A stretch of 64,000 bases of DNA from Methanobacteriota archaeon (GTDB lineage: Archaea; Thermoplasmatota; Poseidoniia; Poseidoniales; Poseidoniaceae), in assembly GCA_018662825.1 (NCBI GenBank), contig JABJFI010000095.1, positions 1,204 through 65,203 on the forward strand, read 5' to 3'. The translations under genes were made by a program, and so were the position numbers. Each line of letters starts with the position of its first letter. The stretch's first letter is position 1. Below the pieces are notes generated by a model. It was not told where the DNA came from. It did not search any database and saw only the letters and a list, made by a program, of their open reading frames with translations. Positions 18,111 through 28,230 of the stretch are shown piece by piece.

Positions 18111-20702
18111 TTAGCCCTCTATGATTGTTGACTCTGGTGTTTCTACAATTTCTTCCTTGTTTCGTGCAGAGAGTTCAATCAAAACTGGCAATAGGATCAA
18201 TGCGAGTATTAGGGAAAAGAAGACGGTGACGGCGGTGATTAAACCAAAGTCTTGAATGACTGGCATCGGTGAAAACAGTAATACTAGGAAACCGAAAACA
18301 GTAGTCAATGCGCTCATTATAAGTGCTACTCCCGTGGTTGAAAGGGCTGCACGTAAGGCTTCCCAGTGTGTTTCTCTCCTAGCAAGTTCAACTTCGATTC
18401 GACGCCACATGTGAATCGAATAATCAATTCCGATACCTATTGTTAATGCCGTGACCATAACAGTCAATACATTCCATTTCAATCCAAGAATAAACATTGA
18501 GCCTGCGACCCAAAGTGATGCGAGAGCAACAGGAAGCAACACTGCGAGTGCTGGAACAACACGACGAGTTAGGACCAACAATACAAGCATTGATACAAAG
18601 AGTGAAATCGTTGTTGATTTGATTTGGGACGTATTCAAACCGTCAAGCACAGTTTGAAGGATGACTAAATCACCAGTTACATACAAATTGGCATGTGAAT
18701 CAAGGTTGTATCGGAGCGTCCCTGGGTGAGAGCTACTGCCAAGTTGCTCTTCGATATTGTCAATTACAATTTGAGACTGTGCAGAGGTCGACGCCTCAAC
18801 TCGAATTTCATTTCTGAAATAAGTGATTTCTCCATCTGTCAAATATACTGTTTGATTGATACGTTGTGCCCAAGTTTCCCCCGTCAAAGCATCAGCCACA
18901 CTTTGGTTGGTTGAAAGTTCTAAAAATACCGAAGATAACTGTAATTCATTTGAACTATTGATGATGTAAACATCTCCAGCATATACTTCTAAATTATGAG
19001 CCGTTCCAAAGGATTCGTTGCGCAATATCGCATCTCTTAATACAACATAAGGCCCTTCATAAGATGGGGATGCGGGTGCATTATCAGTTCCAACGACATC
19101 GTGATTTGATTCCAAATCCTTGTGCAACCCCCTCAACTCATTCAACATCAGTGAATCACCCGGAATAGAAGTGGATTCGCCTACTGGTTCAAACAGGACA
19201 TAAATTAACTTCCAGCCAGCACTGTCGTAATTTGTCGATATGTCTTCACGCACCTGCATAATTTCCATATCAGGGTCGACAAAGTCAGCTAAATCGAAAT
19301 CAGTTTCCAATGAAACTGCTCCAAATATTGCGACGCCGGAAATCAAAATGGTCACAAGCAGAACCGTTACCTGTTGCTTCTGTTGGACTCCAACAATTTT
19401 TCCTACAAGGCTAGGCATAGTAATTGCGTGTGCCATTTGAGCATTTGAGACCTTTTTGCGCACTACGTGCAGTGCGCCAACAACAACAGTAGAAGATACG
19501 AAAGCGCAAAGGACTCCAAAGGCAAGAGCATAACCAAAGGTTGCCAATGGCGGTAACGGAGAGATGACATTCGCTAAAAATGCTGCCACAGTTGTGACAA
19601 CTGCTAACGAGAGTGGGATGGAAAGACGGGCACAGGCGCGTAACCAGGCTTCGGAAGGGTCGTCTTGTTCCTTTCGTATTGCAGAAAATGCACGTTGTAA
19701 GTGGATGGCATAATCAATTCCGAGGCCAAGAACCAGTGGGGCTACTGCGACTTCCAGTGCGGTGAAACGGACTCCGAGGTAATTGAGAACACCGTATGTC
19801 CAAATCAATGCAAATGATAAGCCAATAAGAGGGAATGCAACATCATTGAGTGAACGGAAAGCAATGGCTAATAGGATAACGACAACAAGTAAAGCAAGGA
19901 GGACAAGTAAAGCCAAATTATCGAATGTCCCTTGGTCGATATCGTAAGATATGAGGTCAAGTGATGCTACTCCATAGGATAAATCCGAAGATTCTGATAG
20001 TTTAGCAAATTCCACACGAATTTGGTCTTGGATGATTTTTCGTTGTTCTTCACCCATATCTGGGTCAATTTCCAAAACCCATAGTGTCGAAGAGGCAGTT
20101 GGAGCACCATCGCCAGTTCCGCTCTTGAGATATTCACAACTAGCATCAACATTCAAATCGCTATTGAGAAGTGCTGATGAAGCATATCGTGCTGCAGAGA
20201 GAAGTTGGTCATCGGCTGTCAAAGTACAGACTGTATCTTCTTCAAATAGAAGATCAAGGATTTCAGTCCATGATTGGATTGATTCCAAGTCTGTACCATT
20301 GGCCTCTTCATCGAGAGCGATTTGTACAATCCCCGGCGCTGTAGTCCATACTGAAACCGCATTTTGACGATTTGAAGATTCATTCCCCATGTGTTCAAGG
20401 TGGTCATTCATGGTTTGCAAATTTTCTATAGAGAGTATGTTTGAGCCATCTTTAGCAACTACATGAACGAATAGAGGTCTTGCCTCATTCGGAAAATATT
20501 CATGGATTTGATCGTGTGCATCTCGAGATTCTGAGTCTGGTGCGAAATCAGCAAGGTCGGTATTGAATGTTGGAGGAGATACAACTAGATGGACGCTTAA
20601 TGACACTGTGAAAAGAGTAGTTAAAACGAGTATTACAGGTGCCAAGTTTCGGAATGTGGAAGCCAAACCGGCCATCCGTTCTTCCAATAACGAGGTATCC
20701 AT
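18111..20702 (-). CDS. MMPL/RND-superfamily membrane transporter
   Basis: 863 aa. Two blocks of 5-6 TM helices, each preceded by a large extracytoplasmic loop. GIDYAIH / GIDYSIHMW motifs typical of MMPL/SSD proteins. Confidence 0.8.
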   Translation of the reverse strand: MDTSLLEERMAGLASTFRNLAPVILVLTTLFTVSLSVHLVVSPPTFNTDLADFAPDSESRDAHDQIHEYFPNEARPLFVHVVAKDGSNILSIENLQTMNDHLEHMGNESSNRQNAVSVWTTAPGIVQIALDEEANGTDLESIQSWTEILDLLFEEDTVCTLTADDQLLSAARYASSALLNSDLNVDASCEYLKSGTGDGAPTASSTLWVLEIDPDMGEEQRKIIQDQIRVEFAKLSESSDLSYGVASLDLISYDIDQGTFDNLALLVLLALLVVVILLAIAFRSLNDVAFPLIGLSFALIWTYGVLNYLGVRFTALEVAVAPLVLGLGIDYAIHLQRAFSAIRKEQDDPSEAWLRACARLSIPLSLAVVTTVAAFLANVISPLPPLATFGYALAFGVLCAFVSSTVVVGALHVVRKKVSNAQMAHAITMPSLVGKIVGVQQKQQVTVLLVTILISGVAIFGAVSLETDFDLADFVDPDMEIMQVREDISTNYDSAGWKLIYVLFEPVGESTSIPGDSLMLNELRGLHKDLESNHDVVGTDNAPASPSYEGPYVVLRDAILRNESFGTAHNLEVYAGDVYIINSSNELQLSSVFLELSTNQSVADALTGETWAQRINQTVYLTDGEITYFRNEIRVEASTSAQSQIVIDNIEEQLGSSSHPGTLRYNLDSHANLYVTGDLVILQTVLDGLNTSQIKSTTISLFVSMLVLLVLTRRVVPALAVLLPVALASLWVAGSMFILGLKWNVLTVMVTALTIGIGIDYSIHMWRRIEVELARRETHWEALRAALSTTGVALIMSALTTVFGFLVLLFSPMPVIQDFGLITAVTVFFSLILALILLPVLIELSARNKEEIVETPESTIIEG

Positions 20703-20868
20703 TGCGTGTGCGACGCAAAGACACTAAAAAAGAGGCGGGGTCGTTTTTCGATAAGAAGTGGCTTTCTAGCATTTTTATCGCAATCACCGATGGTATTTCC
20801 AACACGATTTATAGGCGAATCAAGGGAGAAGGTTCAAAACAAAGTGGTAGGTCGCAAGAACGATTGCA

Positions 20869-21126
20869 ATGCCTGTTAAAGTCCTACTCAATGAAAAGAA
20901 TGAACTTCGCTTGCGTGTCATTGGTGAAAGCCATACCGCTTTGCAAATGCTTCGTGAACGCCTTAACTGCAGCAGTAAGGTCGAATATGCAAACTATTTC
21001 CCTGGCCATCCGGAATTAGATGACCCTGAATTTTACATTCGCACTTCTGGAAAAAACGCATCGGGCAAAGTCTTGAAGGAAATTGTATCTGGACTTGCAA
21101 CTGAATTTTCTAGCATTAGCCTCTGA
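20869..21126 (+). CDS. rpoL: DNA-directed RNA polymerase subunit L (Rpo11)
   Basis: 85 aa. LRLRVIGESHTALQMLRERL...VEYANYFPGHPELDDPEFYIRT matches the RpoL/Rpb11 pattern (EdHTlgN.L...L....V.fa.Y...HPl...p.l.i.T). Confidence 0.75.
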   Translation: MPVKVLLNEKNELRLRVIGESHTALQMLRERLNCSSKVEYANYFPGHPELDDPEFYIRTSGKNASGKVLKEIVSGLATEFSSISL

Positions 21127-21139
21127 ATGGGGTGTTGCA

Positions 21140-22543
21140 ATGACTACATGGACAGATTCTCTTGCAGAATCTATCGGACTTGACGGCTATGCCACAGATA
21201 CACAAGGCATTGGCGGCGTCTTGAAAGCAAGAGTTGCTGATTTTCGAGTTGAAGAAATCTCGACGCCTGTCCATCTTGATAACAAGGGCCGATTTACTGT
21301 CGCTCGAATTATGCTGACGAATTGGGAGACCAATCGATTCTGTAATACTCTCGCTAAGGCCCTTTCAATCCCACGCAATAGAATCTTTTTTGCAGGAACT
21401 AAAGATAAACGAGCGGTAACACAACAATTGTTCGTCATTGATGCACCACAAGCAAAAGTCGCTGCTGTTGATATCCCAGATGTAGATATTGAGGTACTTG
21501 GTAGAACACATCAAAAAATTGGATTCGGAAACCATAGAGGAAATCGCTTTACAATAGTCATACGAGGTTGTGCTCACGAAGATGGGACTCCAATGACTGT
21601 CGATGAAGCCTTGCAAGAGGTAGAATTGATTCAACAGGAAATGGCATCAAAACTTGGCGAAGACACGTTTCCAAATTGGATTGGCCCACAAAGGTTCGGT
21701 GCTGGACGGCCAGTGACAGCCGAAGTGGGTAAACATGTCATAAGTGAAGATTGGAAAAAAGCAGTCCTCACTTACATCTCGATGGCAGGGAACTCAGAAA
21801 ATGAAAATGTGGCAGCTTTTCGAAAGCATGTTCGAGAGAATGGCCCGACCAAAGAAGGACTTGAACTCGCTCCGAAATGGCTCGGCTTTGAAAGAAAAAT
21901 GGTTGAACATCTTCTTCATCGGCCTGACGATTATATCGGGGCGTTTCGTAAACTTCCAGGGAATTTGCAATTGATGACGATTCATGCTTTGCAATCTGTT
22001 GTATTCAACAAATCGCTTCACTCACGACTTTCTGCTAACCATCCGATCAGTTCACCAGTAGCAGGAGACTTTGTCGGACGCATAGATGAGAAAGGACAAT
22101 TGGATGCACCGAGTTGTGTCCTTGTTGAAGAAAGAACTCTTCCACGAATTATTCGGAATTGTCAACTTGGGCGCCTAGCACCAACTGGACCACTCCCCGG
22201 TAGTGAGATTCAGACCTGTGATGGATTGACTGGAGATATTGAAAAAGAAATCATCCAAGATATGGGTTTGACTGATGTGACTTGGAAGATCGAAGCAATT
22301 CCAAGGCTATCTACACGAGGCACCCGGAGGTCTCTAGTTACCAGTTTCAAAGAAATGAGCGTTGATAGCGTCCCGATTGCCAATGACGATTCAATGGGAG
22401 AACGGTGGAAGGCCGGACCTGCCGGCAACAGCCGCTGGCATCCTGAAGGCGCTTGTATACGATTTAGGTTCATTCTTTCATCTGGAAGCTACGCTACCAC
22501 TTTGCTAAGAGAATTCATGCGTTGCCCACTGCACCAATTGTGA
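21140..22543 (+). CDS. truD: tRNA pseudouridine synthase D (TruD/Pus7 family)
   Basis: GIGGVLKARVADFRVEEI N-terminus, FAGTKDKRAVTQQ catalytic Asp motif, IGPQRFG. ATG at 21140 follows the rpoL stop. Confidence 0.85.
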   Translation: MTTWTDSLAESIGLDGYATDTQGIGGVLKARVADFRVEEISTPVHLDNKGRFTVARIMLTNWETNRFCNTLAKALSIPRNRIFFAGTKDKRAVTQQLFVIDAPQAKVAAVDIPDVDIEVLGRTHQKIGFGNHRGNRFTIVIRGCAHEDGTPMTVDEALQEVELIQQEMASKLGEDTFPNWIGPQRFGAGRPVTAEVGKHVISEDWKKAVLTYISMAGNSENENVAAFRKHVRENGPTKEGLELAPKWLGFERKMVEHLLHRPDDYIGAFRKLPGNLQLMTIHALQSVVFNKSLHSRLSANHPISSPVAGDFVGRIDEKGQLDAPSCVLVEERTLPRIIRNCQLGRLAPTGPLPGSEIQTCDGLTGDIEKEIIQDMGLTDVTWKIEAIPRLSTRGTRRSLVTSFKEMSVDSVPIANDDSMGERWKAGPAGNSRWHPEGACIRFRFILSSGSYATTLLREFMRCPLHQL

Positions 22544-22549
22544 GTGGAA

Positions 22550-22822
22550 TCAAAGAAGACCCATGGAAAGGACTTCAATTTCACCGACGCCAGTGATTTG
22601 AGATATCTTTGCTTCCAAAGCATCTGCCAAACCTTCGCCATCGTTCATTACCACGTGGATTTGAACAAACTTGAGTCCGAAAGCCAAAGGCTTGACTTCG
22701 ACTGATTGAACGTTGTAAACATCATCACTGAGTGATTGAACTGATGCTGCTATTGCATCTGCATCAACATTCTCGGATTCTGCATCAGGATTGATTTTGT
22801 ATGTCATTGCTACCATGCCCAT
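22550..22822 (-). CDS. ef1b: Translation elongation factor aEF-1 beta
   Basis: 90 aa. MGMVAMTYKINPD...VKPLAFGLKFVQIHVVMNDGEG...GVGEIEVLSMGLL parallels archaeal EF-1beta (IKVMPE...PIAFGL...V.V.D.eG....vE). Confidence 0.8.
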   Translation of the reverse strand: MGMVAMTYKINPDAESENVDADAIAASVQSLSDDVYNVQSVEVKPLAFGLKFVQIHVVMNDGEGLADALEAKISQITGVGEIEVLSMGLL

Positions 22823-22831
22823 AGAATCACC

Positions 22832-22999
22832 TCAGGGCCCCTGGTATTGACAACTTGGACAGGTGTAGAGAACACCTTGATTTCGGCATCGAGGACTGCG
22901 GCCGATGGCAGCGCCGCATCCAGGGCAAGGAAATGAAGTGGAACCGGTTTCTTCAAGTGGGACACCGGATGATGTGCAATTGGCTGCTCTTTCAGTCAT
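22832..22999 (-). CDS. Small Zn-ribbon protein (COG2888-like partner of aEF-1beta); 55 aa, below the ORF-track cutoff
   Basis: Hand translation: MTERAANCTSSGVPLEETGSTSFPCPGCGAAIGRSPRCRNQGVLYTCPSCQYQGP. Has CPGC...CPSC knuckles. Lies immediately upstream of ef1b, as in many archaea. Confidence 0.6.
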   Translation of the reverse strand: MTERAANCTSSGVPLEETGSTSFPCPGCGAAIGRSPRCRNQGVLYTCPSCQYQGP

Positions 23000-23123
23000 A
23001 ATAGGTCCTCAGGAACAAATGGCCCACGCCCTCCCCTTCTTTATGGTTGCGTGCTGAATCACCTCGGATTCTCTGCGAAAAAGCATAACACGGGTCCGCC
23101 AAGTGCTCGATAGTTATCGCATT

Positions 23124-23468
23124 CTAGCGGCCAAGAACACTTAAACGACCGTTCTTCCCTGTGCTGACAACAAGTTCTCCTTTTCTTTCACGGCACCATC
23201 CCGATTCAAGCATCACAATGTCGCCAACCTGAACTCTTTGTATCTGTTCACCCCACAATACAAGACCGACCAAACCCGTTTCATCTCGACCACATGCTGC
23301 AGCAACAGGCCCAACATAGTTTTCAGAATAGACCATTCTTCGAGGATAGATTCGGAGCACAACCAATTCAAGTCGCCTTACCGGACGATTCACTTGAAGG
23401 TCGATGATTTTTTGTCGTTGTTCAGATGTTTTGATTTGTGGTTTATGCGCGGTTTGGTTTTTTTCCAT
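23124..23468 (-). CDS. Single OB-fold nucleic-acid-binding protein (SSB/RPA-like)
   Basis: 114 aa. GLVGLVLWGEQIQRVQVGDIVMLESGWCRERKGELVVSTGKNGRLSVL is the classic OB-fold tail of archaeal RPA/SSB-like proteins. Confidence 0.55.
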   Translation of the reverse strand: MEKNQTAHKPQIKTSEQRQKIIDLQVNRPVRRLELVVLRIYPRRMVYSENYVGPVAAACGRDETGLVGLVLWGEQIQRVQVGDIVMLESGWCRERKGELVVSTGKNGRLSVLGR

Positions 23469-23498
23469 GAGGTGGAATTTTCCTCAATGCACATCAAA

Positions 23499-24242
23499 CT
23501 ATTCGGTTTTCTTTTTCCGAACTGAAAAGGACGAAGTGATGATATCAGGGGCCTCAGCAATATCATCACCACTGAGTTTGATGTTCAAAGCCGCCTCATA
23601 CTCTTCGAGCACACATGCTTTTTTGAACTTCCAAGGCATAAAATTTCTACAAATCAAATAGACTTCAGAAGATGAATTTCTTGATGCGTGGGGTGAAAAA
23701 CGGCGAACATCTGAAAAATATGGCTTAATGACCTGAATTAATTCCTCTACACCTACTCCTTGGAATAATTTCGTCACAAATGAACCACCTTTACATAGCA
23801 AAGGCAGAGAGAAATCGAAAACCAAGGAAACCAATGTCATTGCAACAGCTTGATCCATGTCCCATTTACCAGTAATATTTGGTGAAATGTCAGAGATTAT
23901 CGAGTTAAGTGGGCGTTCTTTGAGTTCATCGAGAACACGTTGCTGGGTATGTGGGTCAGTAATATCTCCAACTAGAAGTATCGAACCTTCTACTGGCTGG
24001 CAGGCTTCTAAATCGACACCAACAACCCATCCTGTTTCTCCAACCAATTCTGTTGCTACTTGAGCCCAACCACCAGGGTGGCATCCGACATCGAGGATGA
24101 TATCACCCTCGCGAAGGAGATTGAAACGTTCTTGAATCTGCTTCAATTTGAATGCAGAACGGGCTCTATATCCGCTGGCCTTGGCCTGTCGTCGCCAAGA
24201 ATCACGCTTGTGATTTTCAATCCAGTGGTCAGCCATACTCAT
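23499..24242 (-). CDS. rlmE: 23S rRNA 2'-O-ribose methyltransferase (FtsJ/RlmE family)
   Basis: YRARSAFKLKQIQERFNLLREGDIILDVGCHPGGWAQV, DITD, ISDISPNITG, KLFQG: the K-D-K-E family pattern. Confidence 0.85.
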   Translation of the reverse strand: MSMADHWIENHKRDSWRRQAKASGYRARSAFKLKQIQERFNLLREGDIILDVGCHPGGWAQVATELVGETGWVVGVDLEACQPVEGSILLVGDITDPHTQQRVLDELKERPLNSIISDISPNITGKWDMDQAVAMTLVSLVFDFSLPLLCKGGSFVTKLFQGVGVEELIQVIKPYFSDVRRFSPHASRNSSSEVYLICRNFMPWKFKKACVLEEYEAALNIKLSGDDIAEAPDIITSSFSVRKKKTE

Positions 24243-24341
24243 TCCTCCCTATTCCCCTTCGCCACGCTCCTATTGAAGAAACCTCGCTTTTTTTCAGGGC
24301 TGGAACAAAGAGATGAAGGGGGGTGGTATCCTCGCCATGGT

Positions 24342-25310
24342 ATGGTGAGAGGTGGACAAAAGGTGAAACTCTCCACATTTGCTCTCGTAGGCACATTATT
24401 CCTACTTCTTATGGCCTCAGGGAGTACTTTGGTCCAAGCACAGGTTGTCGACCCTTCCAATACACTCCTTAGCCCAGTAGCAACTGAACCGATGGGTAGA
24501 ACGCTTCTAGTTGAGGAAGTTACGGCCACATGGTGTCCAAGTTGTGCTGAAATCGACCCTTATCTTGAGAGTGTATCAGATTCACACGGCTCTCGCATTG
24601 CAATGGTCGCCTATCATCCCTCTGATGGAGAAGATGCCTTTCAGCCACCTGCTGCACAACACCGTATTCAACGCCTTTCATTGAAACATGGCGATGCAAT
24701 TCCCTCTCCGACATTTTTTGTTGAAGGAAATGACCCAAGGTCTGGCATCGATGCTTGGAGTGATGTTCAGCGAGATATTCTCGACCTTGAGCTAACCCGT
24801 CAACATGTATCGATTCTTCAGTTCGAAGTTCTGCGACATGCCGAGGGCATTACAGCCCGAGTCATTTCGATGGAGACTACTGGTCTGAACCTCAATGAGT
24901 CACAACTGACTTTTTTGGTGTTGGAACATGATAAATCAGTCCCTGAAAACACCATCAACCCCGGCGGTTCAAGTAGAGATAGAGTACTCATTGCCACAGC
25001 AGAATGTCAATTCAATACATCAACCATAGAAACACAAATCGGAATTCTTACCTCAAATGTCAGTGCTGGGTGCGATGCTGATTTTGAAATCACATTTGCT
25101 GACAAAAAGGAATTTAGTGTTATTCTAATACATGAAAGCACAGAGCATGCCATCGAAAACCTCGATGCTTCTCTTGGAACCTACGGTGCGGTTGAATTTG
25201 CATATCGAACACGTGAGGTGCCTCAATCATGGTCATTCACCACAATTGCACTCATGGTTTCGGCTGGGGCTGGAATTGTTGCGGTTTTACCGCGTAAAGT
25301 CCGAGAATGA
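24342..25310 (+). CDS. Secreted thioredoxin-fold protein (WCPSC) with C-terminal TM anchor
   Basis: Signal-like MVRGGQKVKLSTFALVGTLFLLLMASGSTLVQAQ from the ATG at 24342. VTATWCPSCAEIDP redox motif. C-terminus SWSFTTIALMVSAGAGIVAVLPRKVRE. Confidence 0.55.
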   Translation: MVRGGQKVKLSTFALVGTLFLLLMASGSTLVQAQVVDPSNTLLSPVATEPMGRTLLVEEVTATWCPSCAEIDPYLESVSDSHGSRIAMVAYHPSDGEDAFQPPAAQHRIQRLSLKHGDAIPSPTFFVEGNDPRSGIDAWSDVQRDILDLELTRQHVSILQFEVLRHAEGITARVISMETTGLNLNESQLTFLVLEHDKSVPENTINPGGSSRDRVLIATAECQFNTSTIETQIGILTSNVSAGCDADFEITFADKKEFSVILIHESTEHAIENLDASLGTYGAVEFAYRTREVPQSWSFTTIALMVSAGAGIVAVLPRKVRE

Positions 25311-25420
25311 TATTATTGCGCGTCAAAGTGCAGTGAATCGGAATTATTTTTCTGTTATCCGGAAGATTCTTGATGCAATACTACATAGGATTGATAACCT
25401 ATCCCGTCAATGTAAGTATA

Positions 25421-25690
25421 ATGGCAGAAACATGGGAAGACGTGACCTGGGATGAAAGTCAACCACTCAGAGAGTGGGTTGTAGAATACACAGTATCGGT
25501 AAGTGGAGAGATTAATCATCATCTCAGCATATTGTATGGTGAAGATCTAGTGGATGTTCAAAGAAGCCTGCTTCATGAACTTCGTAAGACATATATTGAA
25601 AATGAGCGTATTGATGTTACAGTTCACCGAATGCAAGAAATCAAAGACACCTTAGAAGCGGAATTCTTCGAAGGCTGTTTCACACCTTAG
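25421..25690 (+). CDS. Small hypothetical protein
   Basis: ORF only. ATG at 25421 (MAETWEDV...). No motif recognised. Its last 4 nt overlap the 3' end of the convergent minus-strand gene 25687-26892. Confidence 0.3.
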   Translation: MAETWEDVTWDESQPLREWVVEYTVSVSGEINHHLSILYGEDLVDVQRSLLHELRKTYIENERIDVTVHRMQEIKDTLEAEFFEGCFTP

Positions 25691-26892
25691 TTGTCTTTGG
25701 CCCGGAAATGAATTTCTATCACTTCGCCATTTTGTAATAGATAATCATCAAATGAGGTAACTCGGTTTTCTTCTGTCGCACTTTCACTTGTTGAATGGAC
25801 ATGCATGACTATTTCGTGTGTGGCGTTGATTCGATAATCAAAAATCCCGGTTTCATCAAAATGATGACCCCAGATATCAAAAAAGACACCCAGAGCTATG
25901 TCTCCCGGTTCATTGAGTTCGACATGTAACCTTCCTGAATCATCGTGGGTATGAACCGTATGCATGTTGTTCTCATTTCCATTACAAATATCTGTCTGGA
26001 TTCCCACAGCAGATTCAACAGTGTATGCTTCGTCATCAATGTAAATTTGCAAGGTAACGTGGTCGTGACGAGCTAAACCGTTATGGTCGAGGCATTCTAA
26101 TGCTAACTGGTCTGGAGTATCTGCAGTTGAAGAGATTACTACTTCCCAAGAAAGTCGTGAAGAGATTAAGTTAGAGATTACTTCGTCCGAAGCGTTAGAT
26201 GACAAGATATCCTCCATTTTACCATCAAATTCTGCCCAACCGTCTGTCGGGGTGCCAGTTGATTGTTTCTCGATGATGTAGCCTTCTTCATCAATGATTA
26301 GGACGACTGGGATTTGACCGGTGCCCCCTGTTGTAAACAAGCGAACGGGGTCGGTGGTTGAACCATCTTCAAGGATGGCGGCTGAAGTGGAACCAATTCC
26401 AGTGGCATAATGCGGCACATGGTAGGAACCGGCAGATTGATTGAGGTAAGGAATATCTTCTCCATACCAAGCACCATAAGCAATAATCGTGAGGGTTTTA
26501 TTCGACGCATTTGCCATATCATGCCAACTCTGCATATTGTCCTCAATGTGCTCCTGGACCGCATGGCAATTACTGCAATCATGAGCCATTAAATCGAGAA
26601 TAATAATGTCACCACGATGGTCGTCAAGGGATATCCAGCCTGTTGAATTAGCCAATGGCTGCTCGATTTCGCTACGGTTTAGTGATTCGAAAATGATGTT
26701 TGGAATTGGTGCAGGTTCTCCATCTGATGCAAAAATATCATCCATACTATCAAACATAGATAGTGCTGCAAATGAAATGGTTACAAACATCAGTGCAGCA
26801 ATTCCAAACGCCTTCCAAGTTTCAGCCTGTTTAAACACGCCAAAATCCGCTTGTTGAAGGAGTCCCATACCCTTACCAATCCTATACATCAC
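25687..26892 (-). CDS. N-terminally anchored TlpA/ResA-like thiol-disulfide oxidoreductase with C-terminal His-rich beta domain
   Basis: TM AFGIAALMFVTISFAALSMF. Redox motif LMAHDCSNCHAVQ. PVVLIIDEEGYII is typical of the TlpA fold. C-terminal domain with MHTVHTHDDSGRLHVE...FFDIWGH. Confidence 0.55.
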   Translation of the reverse strand: MMYRIGKGMGLLQQADFGVFKQAETWKAFGIAALMFVTISFAALSMFDSMDDIFASDGEPAPIPNIIFESLNRSEIEQPLANSTGWISLDDHRGDIIILDLMAHDCSNCHAVQEHIEDNMQSWHDMANASNKTLTIIAYGAWYGEDIPYLNQSAGSYHVPHYATGIGSTSAAILEDGSTTDPVRLFTTGGTGQIPVVLIIDEEGYIIEKQSTGTPTDGWAEFDGKMEDILSSNASDEVISNLISSRLSWEVVISSTADTPDQLALECLDHNGLARHDHVTLQIYIDDEAYTVESAVGIQTDICNGNENNMHTVHTHDDSGRLHVELNEPGDIALGVFFDIWGHHFDETGIFDYRINATHEIVMHVHSTSESATEENRVTSFDDYLLQNGEVIEIHFRAKDN

Positions 26893-26957
26893 TTGAACAT
26901 AATGGGTGACATGGACAAGATTCGAAAATCGTGGTCAGTGAAAGAACTAGGACAAAG

Positions 26958-27033
26958 TGGTGGGCTCGGAGAGAATCGAACTCTCGATCTTCGCCATGTG
27001 AAGGCGACATCATAACCCCTAGACCACGAGCCC
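26958..27033 (-). tRNA. tRNA-Val (anticodon CAC), CCA encoded
   Basis: Reverse complement GGGCTCGTGGTCTAGGGGTTATGATGTCGCCTTCACATGGCGAAGATCGAGAGTTCGATTCTCTCCGAGCCCA followed by CCA. Acceptor GGGCTCG/CGAGCCC, anticodon stem TCGCC/GGCGA with loop TTCACAT, T arm GAGAG-TTCGATT-CTCTC. Confidence 0.88.
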
Positions 27034-27087
27034 TAAGGTAAACCGTCGTGAAGCCTCGCCAATATAAGACTCCCCGTTGGATTGAAA

Positions 27088-28173
27088 TTAACGATGAGCG
27101 TTGAGGTGAATCATGCCGACTTCAAGCCGGTCATGCGTAGGATGTACTTCGATTAGATGAACTGGTACATTGACGACCTCCGCTAATTCTTCCGCCAAGG
27201 AAAGTGGTAATTCGATGCGTTGGTGTACGGCATTGTATCTTATCCAGCCCTCAGCAACACCTAATTCCGCTAATAATTCAGCAACATCATCAGGTGCGTC
27301 CTCAAGTGATGTAGGGATCGAACCAAACAGAATCGTGTCATCGTCACTGAGCACTTCATATGGGCGTAAATTGGCTTGTCCCCTTCTCCTAAATCGAGCA
27401 CGTAATTGTCCGGCATCCTTGAATCGTGCTGAACAGAATTTGAGGTGGAAATTCATATCTTTGGCTGCCTTTTTTAGCCGTAGGGCTAATTCTGCAGAAC
27501 CCTCTGCTGCTGCGGTAATTCCCCCACTTAGATTGAAACCTCTCACATCCATATTTTCTTGATTTCCAACAGTTATTTCCAATTCATTGAGATTCAAGAA
27601 TTTAACAGGAGATTCATGTAAAGATTCCAGTAGGGCAAACAATTGTTGCTCTTTATCCGGCTCACAAGGCAATTCAATTCCCACATGGATGCCGGCATCG
27701 GTACAGGCCTGAATCGCAGGAAGGTATTTCTCAAGTGTGCCATCAAGTAGATGAAATCTAATTTCATCCAATCCTGCTGCACCAAAATCTGCTGCTCGAC
27801 CAACTTGGAAAGGAATTGAAGTGTAGAGATGAATGTGATGCTCCTTACCAAATGCCGCTTTAAGTTGCTTAACTGCCTCTAAGGATTTCTCCATATCCAG
27901 CATCGGGTCACCGCCAGTAATTCCAGTACCTGTAGCACGCATAGCACGTCCCTCTTCGATGACATCATCCCAAGAAGAACATCGACGTTCATTTGCAAAC
28001 ATATCTGGAGATTCTCGACGATTATCAGAAAGAGGGCAATAATCACAACCCCAGTGACATTTTCCTGTGACAAATAGCACAAGTTTACTTCCATGTTGGC
28101 ATTGAACACATCCTTCAGCCTCGCCCTCCTCAGCAGGAAGAATTTCGGTCGCCATTGGCAAAGACACAGACAT
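27088..28173 (-). CDS. Radical SAM protein (COG2108-like, related to PFL-activating enzymes)
   Basis: CHWGCDYCP is the CxxxCxxC cluster motif, followed by TGITGGDPML. The track start (28224) is TTG. An ATG at 28173 with an upstream CAGGAG is preferred, but the start is uncertain (another ATG at 28155). Confidence 0.72.
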   Translation of the reverse strand: MSVSLPMATEILPAEEGEAEGCVQCQHGSKLVLFVTGKCHWGCDYCPLSDNRRESPDMFANERRCSSWDDVIEEGRAMRATGTGITGGDPMLDMEKSLEAVKQLKAAFGKEHHIHLYTSIPFQVGRAADFGAAGLDEIRFHLLDGTLEKYLPAIQACTDAGIHVGIELPCEPDKEQQLFALLESLHESPVKFLNLNELEITVGNQENMDVRGFNLSGGITAAAEGSAELALRLKKAAKDMNFHLKFCSARFKDAGQLRARFRRRGQANLRPYEVLSDDDTILFGSIPTSLEDAPDDVAELLAELGVAEGWIRYNAVHQRIELPLSLAEELAEVVNVPVHLIEVHPTHDRLEVGMIHLNAHR

Positions 28174-28230
28174 TGAACTCAAACACTCCTGTGACCTTTG
28201 GGGTTTCAACTTCTCGCTTAACAATGGCCC

